From positions 1 to 64,000 of IMG/VR virus record IMGVR_UViG_3300037294_000405: 64,000 bases of DNA; one strand, 5' to 3'. The notes beneath the pieces are model-generated. The model was given only the letters and a program-made list of their open reading frames with translations, did no database searches and was not told where the DNA came from. This document shows positions 29,114 through 38,076 of this stretch, in pieces (positions within the stretch are counted from its first letter, which is position 1; every line of letters begins with the position of its first letter). The DNA comes from a virus. The position numbers were made by a program, and so were the translations under genes.

Positions 29114-29836
29114 TTACTTTGAATTTATAATATTAAACCCATTATGTACCAAATGTTTGTAATACTCATTCATTTTGTTAATATTTGCTGGCACCAATGA
29201 TAAACCATTTTTTTCGGTTCCCATTTCCCATCCCTTTGTACTACCCCACATTTCTGGGACGTGTGGTGGGTGAGGTGGTACATACGTATTTAAACCTAAG
29301 TATTTTTGTAACATGTATGAAAAGTGCATATCTTCACCTACGAAATCAAAACCATCTGGTGGTAATTCTCTCCAATATGTTGATAACCACTCTCTTTTAA
29401 AAAACCAAGCATGACCAACTATATCAACTCTAATGGGTTTTAAATTAGGATTATCCCAACCGTGTCTAACATTAGGTAAGTAACCGTCTTCGTTATTATA
29501 AACCAAACCAATCGTCCCTAACAACCCTTCATGCGACTCCATTGTGTTTAAACAATTTTCAAACCACATTTTACCTGGTATGGTGTCATCATCAAAAACA
29601 CAAACATATTCTGTTTTAGCGTTAAGGGCAAAAGCAAATCTTGCCCACACACCTAAGTTTTTATTACACGAAGCAGTTGTGATTGAATCTGTTAATTCTG
29701 AATCAAAACCTTCTACGTTGTTTTGCCATAACATAATTTCTTTCGGTTTAACCGTTTGATTATTTATAGTATCAATCTGTTGTTTTAGGAATTGTGGTCT
29801 TTTAAAACCATTCAATATCACCGTAATACCTTCCAT
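29114..29836 (-). CDS. GT-A glycosyltransferase
   Basis: ITVILNGFKR, VCVFDDD, GEDMHFS. Confidence 0.8.
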   Translation of the reverse strand: MEGITVILNGFKRPQFLKQQIDTINNQTVKPKEIMLWQNNVEGFDSELTDSITTASCNKNLGVWARFAFALNAKTEYVCVFDDDTIPGKMWFENCLNTMESHEGLLGTIGLVYNNEDGYLPNVRHGWDNPNLKPIRVDIVGHAWFFKREWLSTYWRELPPDGFDFVGEDMHFSYMLQKYLGLNTYVPPHPPHVPEMWGSTKGWEMGTEKNGLSLVPANINKMNEYYKHLVHNGFNIINSK

Positions 29837-31485
29837 TATTCTAATATTTTTTTGTATTCTTCTATTATTTCTGCCGTAATTGACTTACTATCAAATTTAA
29901 CAATGTCTTCTGGAACAGGGTGTAGTTTTTGACTTAAAACATTTCCACTAGAATCAACATCATAAATCCAACCAGCTTTACCACACATCCAACCTTCAAT
30001 TGTTGTTCTACCTAAAAGAATACCAGCTGTTTCATCACATTGATGAATGAATTTTTCAATATTAGCTGTCGGTTCAAAATAACTAACATGTTCTTGATTG
30101 TTAATCATTTCATCTAAATACTTGTCGTTTTTCTTACCAACAATCCAAAGTTCTTGATTTTCTTCTTTGGTTTTATTTATAAGTTCTTGTATAGTATTTT
30201 TTCTAAGGTAATCAATTGTACCAACAAAAAGGATTCTTTTCTTTTCACGTTTTTCGTTTGAATTAGTGATTTTAAATTTATCACCATCGATAGGATTATG
30301 AATAACACAAACCTTGTCCTCTGGAACACCAAACGAATTTATGATATGGTCTTTTATTTCTTGCCTAATAGCAATATATTGTTTAATAGACTCAGAAATA
30401 ACTGGTTCTTCTAATGATATAACTTCTGAATGAATTGAACAAATAACTGGCGTATTTGGATACAGTCTTAGTAAGTGTTCGGTTACTGGTTTATGGTTTA
30501 AGTGAACAATATCAAAATTAATTTTTGAAATATTATATAGCGTATTTTCTTGTGAAACTACATCACCTTGAGGAGACTTTAATAACCATTTACCATCACC
30601 TAACTTAAAACCAGGAGGTTCTTGTAAACTATACATTTTAATACCAATAGATTTAGCTAAACCAGCCAATGGCATACCAATATTCGAACATACACTAACC
30701 TCACAACCTTTTTTTACTAATTGTTTAGCTAATTCAAAAACATAAAGTTCGGAACCAGTAAAATTGGCAAAACTCAAACAACCAATAAGGACATTTAAGT
30801 TTTCACCCTTTCTTAATACTCTCTTTATGTTAGCTGGCAAATGTCCTTGGTAAGCTTCTGAAAAATCAGTTCTATTTTTATCCCAAGCTTCATTAGTCAT
30901 ACCGATAGATTGATGGTTGATTCTGATAGCTGTGGTAACGCCAATCTTAACACCTTCTAAATAATTTTCGAACGCAAAGGTTACATCGTAAAAATGAAAT
31001 CCTTCTACATTTTCGTTAAATTCTTTTTTAATTCTCGTTTTGTCTAACGCAAACCAAACACCATCACAAACAACCACTTCTTCCAGTATTTGACCTAAGT
31101 CATCGGAATAAGCAGATAACCAAGTTTTACCTTCGTGTGTGTGTGCGACACGACCATACATTTTTTTAGGGTTTTCCCACCACTGACCAGATACTGGCAT
31201 GTTTTTAGACCCAGCAACACCTATAATACCAAATTCTGGGTTTTTTTCAAACATTTTGATTAGTTTTTTACCCCATTGATTGGTTTCAACAGTTAAGTCA
31301 TCATGACAAAACACAACGATATCGTTTTTAGCTTGTTTTAACCCACGATTATATATTTGAGTTAGTGATTTACCATTATTGATTATTTCGATTACCTCGA
31401 TGTGTTTATGGAGTCCAGAAGTCTTAATTAGATGTTCTTTATGTTCTGGTTTACTTTCTCTAGTGCAATATATTACTGTTATCAT
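29836..31485 (-). CDS. Two-domain glycosyltransferase (GT-A + GT-B)
   Basis: VFCHDD, FHFYD in N-half; FTGSELYVFELA, IHNPID, ILFVGTI in C-half. Confidence 0.85.
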   Translation of the reverse strand: MITVIYCTRESKPEHKEHLIKTSGLHKHIEVIEIINNGKSLTQIYNRGLKQAKNDIVVFCHDDLTVETNQWGKKLIKMFEKNPEFGIIGVAGSKNMPVSGQWWENPKKMYGRVAHTHEGKTWLSAYSDDLGQILEEVVVCDGVWFALDKTRIKKEFNENVEGFHFYDVTFAFENYLEGVKIGVTTAIRINHQSIGMTNEAWDKNRTDFSEAYQGHLPANIKRVLRKGENLNVLIGCLSFANFTGSELYVFELAKQLVKKGCEVSVCSNIGMPLAGLAKSIGIKMYSLQEPPGFKLGDGKWLLKSPQGDVVSQENTLYNISKINFDIVHLNHKPVTEHLLRLYPNTPVICSIHSEVISLEEPVISESIKQYIAIRQEIKDHIINSFGVPEDKVCVIHNPIDGDKFKITNSNEKREKKRILFVGTIDYLRKNTIQELINKTKEENQELWIVGKKNDKYLDEMINNQEHVSYFEPTANIEKFIHQCDETAGILLGRTTIEGWMCGKAGWIYDVDSSGNVLSQKLHPVPEDIVKFDSKSITAEIIEEYKKILE

Positions 31486-32477
31486 TTTTTAAATCTGTTA
31501 TAAGCGTTATCAGTTATTTTTATTATTTCTACTTTACCAATAAAGTCCGTCAAATTTTTAGCGTTAGAATAACTCATAGCTGAACGTAAATAATCTTCAA
31601 AATTATTTACCCATTGTTGTAGTGTGTATTCAACTTTTCTATATCGAATAACACCTTCAGACGTAGTTGGAACAGCTTTACCCCATTTCTTTTGAACCTC
31701 TTTAGTGCTCATACCCCTAAATTTTTTATAAACAGGTATTTTTAATTTATAAGCTTTTTCAGCTATATTTTGAGAGACTTTGATGTGTTTCCACAAATAG
31801 TTATCACCACATGATTCTATAGCTTTATTAAATAAGCTACCAACCATGACAAAATCAGCACCTAAAGCTAATGCTTTAACTATATCACTATAATTTTGCA
31901 TACCACCATCAGCCACTATTTTAGCTGGTTTATCTAAGGTACATGAAAGGTCATAACATTCTTGAACCAAGGACCCCATAGGGTAACCAATACCTGTATG
32001 TACTGTTGTACTACAACCACCACCATTACCAATACCAATTCTAATATAGTCAGCACCAGCGTTAGATAACTCAACATAAGTTTCTGGGTTGGCCACATTA
32101 CCAACCATTAATGTCACTTTTGGTAAAATTCTTTTAATCTTTTTAGTAACAGTGATTAATTTTGACATGTGACCATTAGCTATATCAATTAAGTAAAAAC
32201 CATTCGATTTTAAGCGTTTAGTTTTTAATTCTTCTTCTATTTCTTGTAAGGAATAAGATTCAAAACCACTATTGTTTTTTTCACCTCTGGGTAAACAGGT
32301 GATTATTTTTAAATCAGAATAAATCAACTTATTTTCTTCACTTATAACTGTATCCATAGGTGCAGTTATAAGTGGTAAAAAAAATGTTTGTTGTGGGTTT
32401 ATGTCTTGTCTACTACTTATTTTAGAAGTTTTGCTTGGTTTAATTAATATGTCGTTAAAGTCGAATTTTTCGTTCAT
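31482..32477 (-). CDS. guaC: GMP reductase / IMP dehydrogenase family
   Basis: FNDILIKP, TAPMDTV, IDIANGH, MVGNVA, GIGNGGGCST, ADGG, GADFVMVG, GMST, SEG; no CBS domain. Confidence 0.8.
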   Translation of the reverse strand: MNEKFDFNDILIKPSKTSKISSRQDINPQQTFFLPLITAPMDTVISEENKLIYSDLKIITCLPRGEKNNSGFESYSLQEIEEELKTKRLKSNGFYLIDIANGHMSKLITVTKKIKRILPKVTLMVGNVANPETYVELSNAGADYIRIGIGNGGGCSTTVHTGIGYPMGSLVQECYDLSCTLDKPAKIVADGGMQNYSDIVKALALGADFVMVGSLFNKAIESCGDNYLWKHIKVSQNIAEKAYKLKIPVYKKFRGMSTKEVQKKWGKAVPTTSEGVIRYRKVEYTLQQWVNNFEDYLRSAMSYSNAKNLTDFIGKVEIIKITDNAYNRFKK

Positions 32478-32482
32478 TTTGT

Positions 32483-33064
32483 TTAGTTTTTACCAGTTGA
32501 CCCGAAACCACCTTCACCACGTTCTGTGTTTATCGATATTTCGTTAACTTTTGTTAATTTAATAATGTTTTTTGCTGTTACCGATGCCACAACCCCTTGG
32601 GCTATTCTATCACCGTGATTAACTATAAAATCTTCGTAACCTAGATTAATTAATATAATTTTTATTTCACCTCTGTAATCAGCATCTATAGTACCAGGCG
32701 TGTTTAAAACTGTCACTCCATTTTTAGCAGCTAACCCACTACGTGGTCTTATTTGAATCTCAAAATTTTCTGGGATTTCAAAAAATAACCCTGTTGGTAT
32801 GATTTCTCTTTTGCCAGATGGTATCGTTAATGATTCGGTTAAATTAGCTCTTAAATCAAAACCAGATGACCCAGCAGTTTCGTACTGTGGGTCTTCGTTG
32901 GTTGATTTATTTAAAAAGCTTAGTTTTATTTTATAATAATCTTCGTCAACACTAATAGTTGATGGGTTACTAGTAAACTCGTTGTCGAAATCTTCTTGCG
33001 AATAAGGGTTATTTGGGTCTACAACTTCTAAAAGTCTCGCTCTCATTTTTTCAACTATCTCCAT
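32483..33064 (-). CDS. dut: dUTPase (trimeric)
   Basis: [38 protein letters not shown]. Confidence 0.96.
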   Translation of the reverse strand: MEIVEKMRARLLEVVDPNNPYSQEDFDNEFTSNPSTISVDEDYYKIKLSFLNKSTNEDPQYETAGSSGFDLRANLTESLTIPSGKREIIPTGLFFEIPENFEIQIRPRSGLAAKNGVTVLNTPGTIDADYRGEIKIILINLGYEDFIVNHGDRIAQGVVASVTAKNIIKLTKVNEISINTERGEGGFGSTGKN

Positions 33065-33633
33065 TATTTACCAGCTTTGGTTTTTTCATGTTTAATAGCA
33101 AACGTATTACCCGTTTTTAATAAGTCACCTAATGTGGTGTTATGGTATTCAGCCATTTTATCGTCTGTTTTATCAAACATAATAATAGCAGCGTATTCTT
33201 CTTCATTAAAGACAATACCGTGAGATAAAGCGTAATAAAGACTACGTTCACTTACTCGCATAGACACTAAATCTTCATTGAAGTCATACATCTTACCTTG
33301 ATTCTTACGGTGCCATTCAGAGGCACATGGCGTGTATAGGTTGGCCTTACCTATTTGATGTAACAGACAAACCTTAAGCAAAGATGCTTGGTCTACTTGT
33401 TCAGATTCTGGTAAGACTTTGTTTATTAACACAGCATACTGTGCCACTCTTAATGAATGGTCAATAAGACCACCTTCAAAAGCGTTGTGTAATGATTCCA
33501 TGGTAGATGCTGGCGCTTTGATAAAAGCTTCACCTAAGAAGGTCATCAACTCATTGTTCATGAAACCTAATTTTGTTGCAGTATCAAAATATTTTTTTGT
33601 GTTAGCAACGATTTTTTCTTGTTCTAAAGACAT
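33064..33633 (-). CDS. HD-domain-like protein (HD motif reads HQ)
   Basis: [20 protein letters not shown]...CLLHQIGK; TATATTTG element at 33668-33675 (- strand). Confidence 0.75.
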   Translation of the reverse strand: MSLEQEKIVANTKKYFDTATKLGFMNNELMTFLGEAFIKAPASTMESLHNAFEGGLIDHSLRVAQYAVLINKVLPESEQVDQASLLKVCLLHQIGKANLYTPCASEWHRKNQGKMYDFNEDLVSMRVSERSLYYALSHGIVFNEEEYAAIIMFDKTDDKMAEYHNTTLGDLLKTGNTFAIKHEKTKAGK

Positions 33634-33709
33634 TGTTTTTTTGTTTAAATGTGTTATATATTTTTTACAAATATACGAACAAAAAACCTAAAAAACAAGT
33701 CTTTTAGTA

Positions 33710-34180
33710 TTATTTTTTAGGTTTTATTTCATATGTAGTTTTAGAAACTGTATCATCAACAATAACTTTTTCAACACCATTTTCAGTGATTACATTAATA
33801 GTACCACCAGAAACAACAATACCTTCTTCATTAAGTTTTTCTGTTTTTAAATCTTCAGAAATTTTTTCTTTAAGTTTTTTAATTTCAGCACCAAATCCTT
33901 TTCGTTGAATAGCTAATTGATTGTTTATGTGTGCTTGGTCGTTTGTTTTAGTTTCAACTCTATCCATTAAGTTTTTAATATAACTAGCATCAGCACCAAT
34001 ATTATCAATCGGTGATTTTAATTTAGTTATTACGTCATCAGATATTTCTGTGTTAAGTTTAGGGTTAAAATCTTCGATTAATAAACCCTTACCTTTTCTT
34101 ACTTCTGTTTGCTCTTCATCGCTAGTTAAGTATTCAGCTATAAAGTCAAATACTAATTTTAAATCGTTTTTTTTACTCAT
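33710..34180 (-). CDS. Hypothetical protein
   Basis: 156-aa ORF. Confidence 0.7.
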   Translation of the reverse strand: MSKKNDLKLVFDFIAEYLTSDEEQTEVRKGKGLLIEDFNPKLNTEISDDVITKLKSPIDNIGADASYIKNLMDRVETKTNDQAHINNQLAIQRKGFGAEIKKLKEKISEDLKTEKLNEEGIVVSGGTINVITENGVEKVIVDDTVSKTTYEIKPKK

Positions 34181-34186
34181 GATTTG

Positions 34187-35425
34187 TTATTTTGTTATTT
34201 TGTTATTTAGTAAATTTAAGTATAAAGTTCTTCTTTGTTCGGTAACTTTATCCATAGAGTAGATGTCTTTAATTGTATTGTGAAGATTTTCTTGTAATGC
34301 TGTCACAACTTCTGGGTTTTGAATCAATTTTTTTATCGCTGAATACCAATCCTTATGGTTTTTATTTGAATCGACCAATACACTGTTGGCTGTCATGTCA
34401 AAACCACCACCATATTTGATTGTATTTTTTAAATCAATTTTATACGGCCCAAAGTTTTGCGCTATAATAGCTTTATGGTGAAAACCAGCTTCAATTACTT
34501 TTAATTGACTTTTAACTTTGTTAAATATGTTTTCTTCTAAAGGTGCTAGAGAAATATCAAATAAATTATAGTTTGAAGCATATGTAGAAATTGGTTTAGT
34601 CCAAACACGTCTATACGGTTCATTACTAATATTAGGGTACTCATCTAAAGTAAATTTCATTAAAAAATCTTTATACTCTGGACTAATCGTTTGATAGTTA
34701 TCAGTAAAAATCTGTTCATATTTATACCAAACACTTTCCAACGGTTTAATAGCTCTAGTTTTTTGTTCACCAGTAGTACTATCAATCATTGTATGCGTAC
34801 CTCTAGTGTCAAAACCACATAACACAAATTGTACTTTATCCAATAAACCATCTGCCCTTAAACGACCAACAACATTGTTAAGTATTTCTAAATCTTTTAA
34901 GTGTGAAGAACCACCTAACCAACCAATTCTAATTCTATCAGATTTTTCTAAGTTTGGTGTAAATTGTTTTTCTGTAGGGTCAATGGCGTTAGGTAAAACA
35001 AAAACATTTTTATTAATTTTTTTGATTTCGTCAGCAAATAAACTAGTAGTAGTTGTAATATTTTTAGCAACTTTAAGGTTGTTAAGTATTTTTTTATCGA
35101 TTTCATTATTTTTAATTAAATGATATGCTGGGTGGTGTGTACCTGGAGCCCAATAATCATCTAAATCCATAATAGAAACAATACCCAAGGAATTAAACTT
35201 TTCAATTAAAGATTCCATTTGTTCGTATGGTCCAAGCGTTCTATGATAATGAATGATATCGTATTGTTTTAACCAATCGTCATTGTTTAACTGTGGTTCG
35301 TAATCCACGTCAACATGGAATTCTGATGGGTATTTATTTTCTAATGCAATATGTGGGTTGGTACTTCTAAAATACGAAACACCTGTTCTATCGCTAGGCA
35401 CAACTAGCACTTTTAATTTTTTCAT
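34187..35425 (-). CDS. GT-B glycosyltransferase
   Basis: MDLDDYW, VLPNAID, IGWLGGSSH, DISLAPL, FNKVKSQLKVIEAG. Confidence 0.85.
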   Translation of the reverse strand: MKKLKVLVVPSDRTGVSYFRSTNPHIALENKYPSEFHVDVDYEPQLNNDDWLKQYDIIHYHRTLGPYEQMESLIEKFNSLGIVSIMDLDDYWAPGTHHPAYHLIKNNEIDKKILNNLKVAKNITTTTSLFADEIKKINKNVFVLPNAIDPTEKQFTPNLEKSDRIRIGWLGGSSHLKDLEILNNVVGRLRADGLLDKVQFVLCGFDTRGTHTMIDSTTGEQKTRAIKPLESVWYKYEQIFTDNYQTISPEYKDFLMKFTLDEYPNISNEPYRRVWTKPISTYASNYNLFDISLAPLEENIFNKVKSQLKVIEAGFHHKAIIAQNFGPYKIDLKNTIKYGGGFDMTANSVLVDSNKNHKDWYSAIKKLIQNPEVVTALQENLHNTIKDIYSMDKVTEQRRTLYLNLLNNKITK

Positions 35426-35490
35426 GGATTTTCTTTTTTAAAACTTTTTATGAATACCCAAATATAGAACATTAAAAATATTAGTAAATA

Positions 35491-35519
35491 AAAAAAGGCC
35501 CGTTTGGACCTTTTTTTTT
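35491..35519. terminator. Intrinsic terminator
   Basis: AAAAAAGGCCCG-TT-TGGACCTTTTTTTTT; on the - strand GGTCC/GGGCC stem plus T run. Confidence 0.7.
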
Positions 35520-35523
35520 GACA

Positions 35524-36114
35524 TTATTTCTTTTTTGTTGCGATTTTACCTTCTCTGATTAACAAGTTAATTGTTTTTTTGATTGTTTCTTCGGTTATAG
35601 TTTTATCATAAACTTGTTTGAAGAAAGTATTTATACCCTCATTAATCATTTCTTTTAATTCTGTTTTACTAATAGTAACCATTTCAGAATTTTGTTGTGG
35701 TTTTTGAATATTTTCATTAACCATTGGTTTAGGTTGTGTAGGTTTTTTAATTGGAGCACCTGTAATTCTAGAAATATCTTCAGCGGTAAACTTGGATGGT
35801 GGAGCGCTAAGTCTAGGTATTCTATTTTTAAGCATAGCTTCTTTTACGTTAGCTGGTAATTTAGAATTCATAACTTGTTCTTCAGTATAATCTTGAACAT
35901 TTGTTGGGTCGAAACTATTTTGTTGTGTTTCATAGTTTTCATAGATTGGTTCTCTTTCATCTTTTTCATCATAACCAGAGTCATAACTTTCTGCCATAAC
36001 ACTACCTCTTGATTCCTTAACTGGTTTTTCAGTTTCAACCTTGGACATTATTTGCCTAGATTTTGCTAATATCCCACTTAATTCAGATAAATTAACTGGT
36101 ACTGGTGTTTCCAT
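35524..36114 (-). CDS. Hypothetical late protein
   Basis: 196-aa ORF in late operon. Confidence 0.75.
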   Translation of the reverse strand: METPVPVNLSELSGILAKSRQIMSKVETEKPVKESRGSVMAESYDSGYDEKDEREPIYENYETQQNSFDPTNVQDYTEEQVMNSKLPANVKEAMLKNRIPRLSAPPSKFTAEDISRITGAPIKKPTQPKPMVNENIQKPQQNSEMVTISKTELKEMINEGINTFFKQVYDKTITEETIKKTINLLIREGKIATKKK

Positions 36115-36128
36115 ATTTCTTCTTATTT

Positions 36129-36608
36129 TTATATTTCTTTATTTGTTGGTGCTTGACTAATATCGCTTCTTTGTCTAGTAAATGTATCTGGATTAACTTT
36201 TTTATTAACAACAGACATACTTCTATCACCTGTTTGATTATATGCTGGAATACCTGTATTAATATCGGATACTGGGTTTTGCCATTTCATATTTGTTGGA
36301 TACCAACCTTCAATTCTATCTAATCTAAATATTTTCCAAGCACCACTTTTTGGTGTTGTTTTAGAACCACCAAAAATTTGATAAGCCCTTATACAATCAT
36401 TACCCGCTTTAGTTTTAGCTAAATTGTAAACTTGAATATATCTTTTACTAGGTTCTTGACCTTCATAATCTCTATATAAAATGTTTACGTTATATTTACC
36501 ATCTATAGCAGCATTAACATCATTAACAGCTACACCCTCAGAAATAATCTGACGAGTTTTGTTAATTTCTTCTAATATAACTTCTTTAAATAGATTGTAA
36601 AGTTTCAT
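36129..36608 (-). CDS. WYL-domain-like protein
   Basis: VNILYRD...KRYIQVYNL...IRAYQ...WKIFRLDRI. Confidence 0.7.
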   Translation of the reverse strand: MKLYNLFKEVILEEINKTRQIISEGVAVNDVNAAIDGKYNVNILYRDYEGQEPSKRYIQVYNLAKTKAGNDCIRAYQIFGGSKTTPKSGAWKIFRLDRIEGWYPTNMKWQNPVSDINTGIPAYNQTGDRSMSVVNKKVNPDTFTRQRSDISQAPTNKEI

Positions 36609-36617
36609 TGTTTTTTT

Positions 36618-37076
36618 TTAAATAATTACTTGTCCTATATTAAGAGAGGTGTTTGGTAATGTGTAATCATCACCAGCAACTTGAGAAGGTCCATAACCCC
36701 AAGTAGCAGCGTTAAGTGTTACTTGTGAGTTTCTACCAGAACCATTAACACCCAAAGTACCATTGATGTCTTCAACGTTACCACCGTTATAGTTTGTTAT
36801 TGCCCCGTAAATACCTTGAGAAATACCGTCACCAGTACCTCTACCATTGTATGGTGATTGTAGGTCAGTGATAGCATTGGTGTTAGTAGCACCATATTTA
36901 TCATTTACGTTACCAGTTATTTGAGGGTTTTTGTAGGGTCCTTGGAAAGCGTATTTTCCAGTACCGATAGCTGATTGGTTGATTATGGCTAATCTACCAG
37001 AACCAGGGTATAATGTATTACCATTAATTGCATAAAATTCTAGCGGGGATTGCCCACCATTGTAAACTTGTGGCAT
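36618..37076 (-). CDS. Gly/Asn-rich putative virion protein
   Basis: 152-aa ORF with low charge. Confidence 0.7.
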   Translation of the reverse strand: MPQVYNGGQSPLEFYAINGNTLYPGSGRLAIINQSAIGTGKYAFQGPYKNPQITGNVNDKYGATNTNAITDLQSPYNGRGTGDGISQGIYGAITNYNGGNVEDINGTLGVNGSGRNSQVTLNAATWGYGPSQVAGDDYTLPNTSLNIGQVII

Positions 37077-37079
37077 GTT

Positions 37080-37520
37080 TTATAAGTTTTGTTTTTTGTT
37101 ATTATTCATGTATTCTATTAAATATCTGATTTCAGAAATTTCTTTTGTTATTCCCTCACTTAAAGCTTGAGAGTTATTTAATATTTTATGTTTTTCACCA
37201 CCATCATGGTTACTTTTTCTAGATACACTAGGTATATTAATATCAGTTGGTGATTTTTCATCTTGATACATATTGTTAGGGTTTGTATCTTTTTGAGTTT
37301 TTCTTCTGAACTCATCAGCTTTTTTAGGGACTTCAACAACTGTTTCGATTTCATTAAATCTAGCGTCACCACCTAATGTGTTATATTCAACACAATTTTT
37401 GGTGTTAAGACAAATTTCTTTTGCTGTTTTAAGTCTAGATAATTCCATAGCATATGCTTGGTGTTTTTTACCTTCTTCTTTACCAGTAGTTAAAACTTTG
37501 TCTTTTATATTGCTGTTCAT
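37080..37520 (-). CDS. Hypothetical late protein
   Basis: 146-aa ORF. Confidence 0.7.
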   Translation of the reverse strand: MNSNIKDKVLTTGKEEGKKHQAYAMELSRLKTAKEICLNTKNCVEYNTLGGDARFNEIETVVEVPKKADEFRRKTQKDTNPNNMYQDEKSPTDINIPSVSRKSNHDGGEKHKILNNSQALSEGITKEISEIRYLIEYMNNNKKQNL

Positions 37521-37522
37521 CG

Positions 37523-38014
37523 TTAAATATTTTTTGGTTTGTTTTCATTTTTTTTACCATCCAATGCTTTTTTAATATCTTCAATTTGAGTATCGGTTAA
37601 ATCAATATCATTAATTGTGTCAATTATTTTAGCTAATTTTGGGTTATGGTTTTTATCAGTAACATCAGAATTTTTACTTTTTTTAACCAAATCTTCTATT
37701 TTTTCTTCTACTGTTTTCTTTTTTACAATGGTTTTTACATCATCTTCCCTTAAACCATAATTAACCGCCACACCACCAGTCCTAGAACCGCCAAAACTAT
37801 AAACAGCAAACCATGGAATGTTTTGTCTGTAACGACCAAATACCTTGTCTGTTGTTGTTGCCATACCTTTTTCGTAATCAGAATTATCATTGTATGGTTT
37901 TTCAATTGGTCCAGTTTCTATTTCACTGTCATTAGTGACATTTCTATCACTTCCATCAGAAAAAATATCACCGCCAACTGATTCAGTCAATTGTTTCTTT
38001 TTAAATGTTGCCAT
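37523..38014 (-). CDS. Hypothetical late protein
   Basis: 163-aa ORF behind an ATATTTAT motif. Confidence 0.75.
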   Translation of the reverse strand: MATFKKKQLTESVGGDIFSDGSDRNVTNDSEIETGPIEKPYNDNSDYEKGMATTTDKVFGRYRQNIPWFAVYSFGGSRTGGVAVNYGLREDDVKTIVKKKTVEEKIEDLVKKSKNSDVTDKNHNPKLAKIIDTINDIDLTDTQIEDIKKALDGKKNENKPKNI

Positions 38015-38023
38015 AAATTATTG

Positions 38024-38067
38024 TTTTATTATAAATATATTCAAAAAGTAGAATATTTATAATAAAA
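38024..38067. promoter_or_regulatory. Back-to-back putative late promoters (ATATTTATAATAAAA on both strands)
   Basis: 15-bp inverted repeat TTTTATTATAAATAT / ATATTTATAATAAAA between divergent genes. Confidence 0.75.
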
Positions 38068-38076
38068 CCTATAAAT

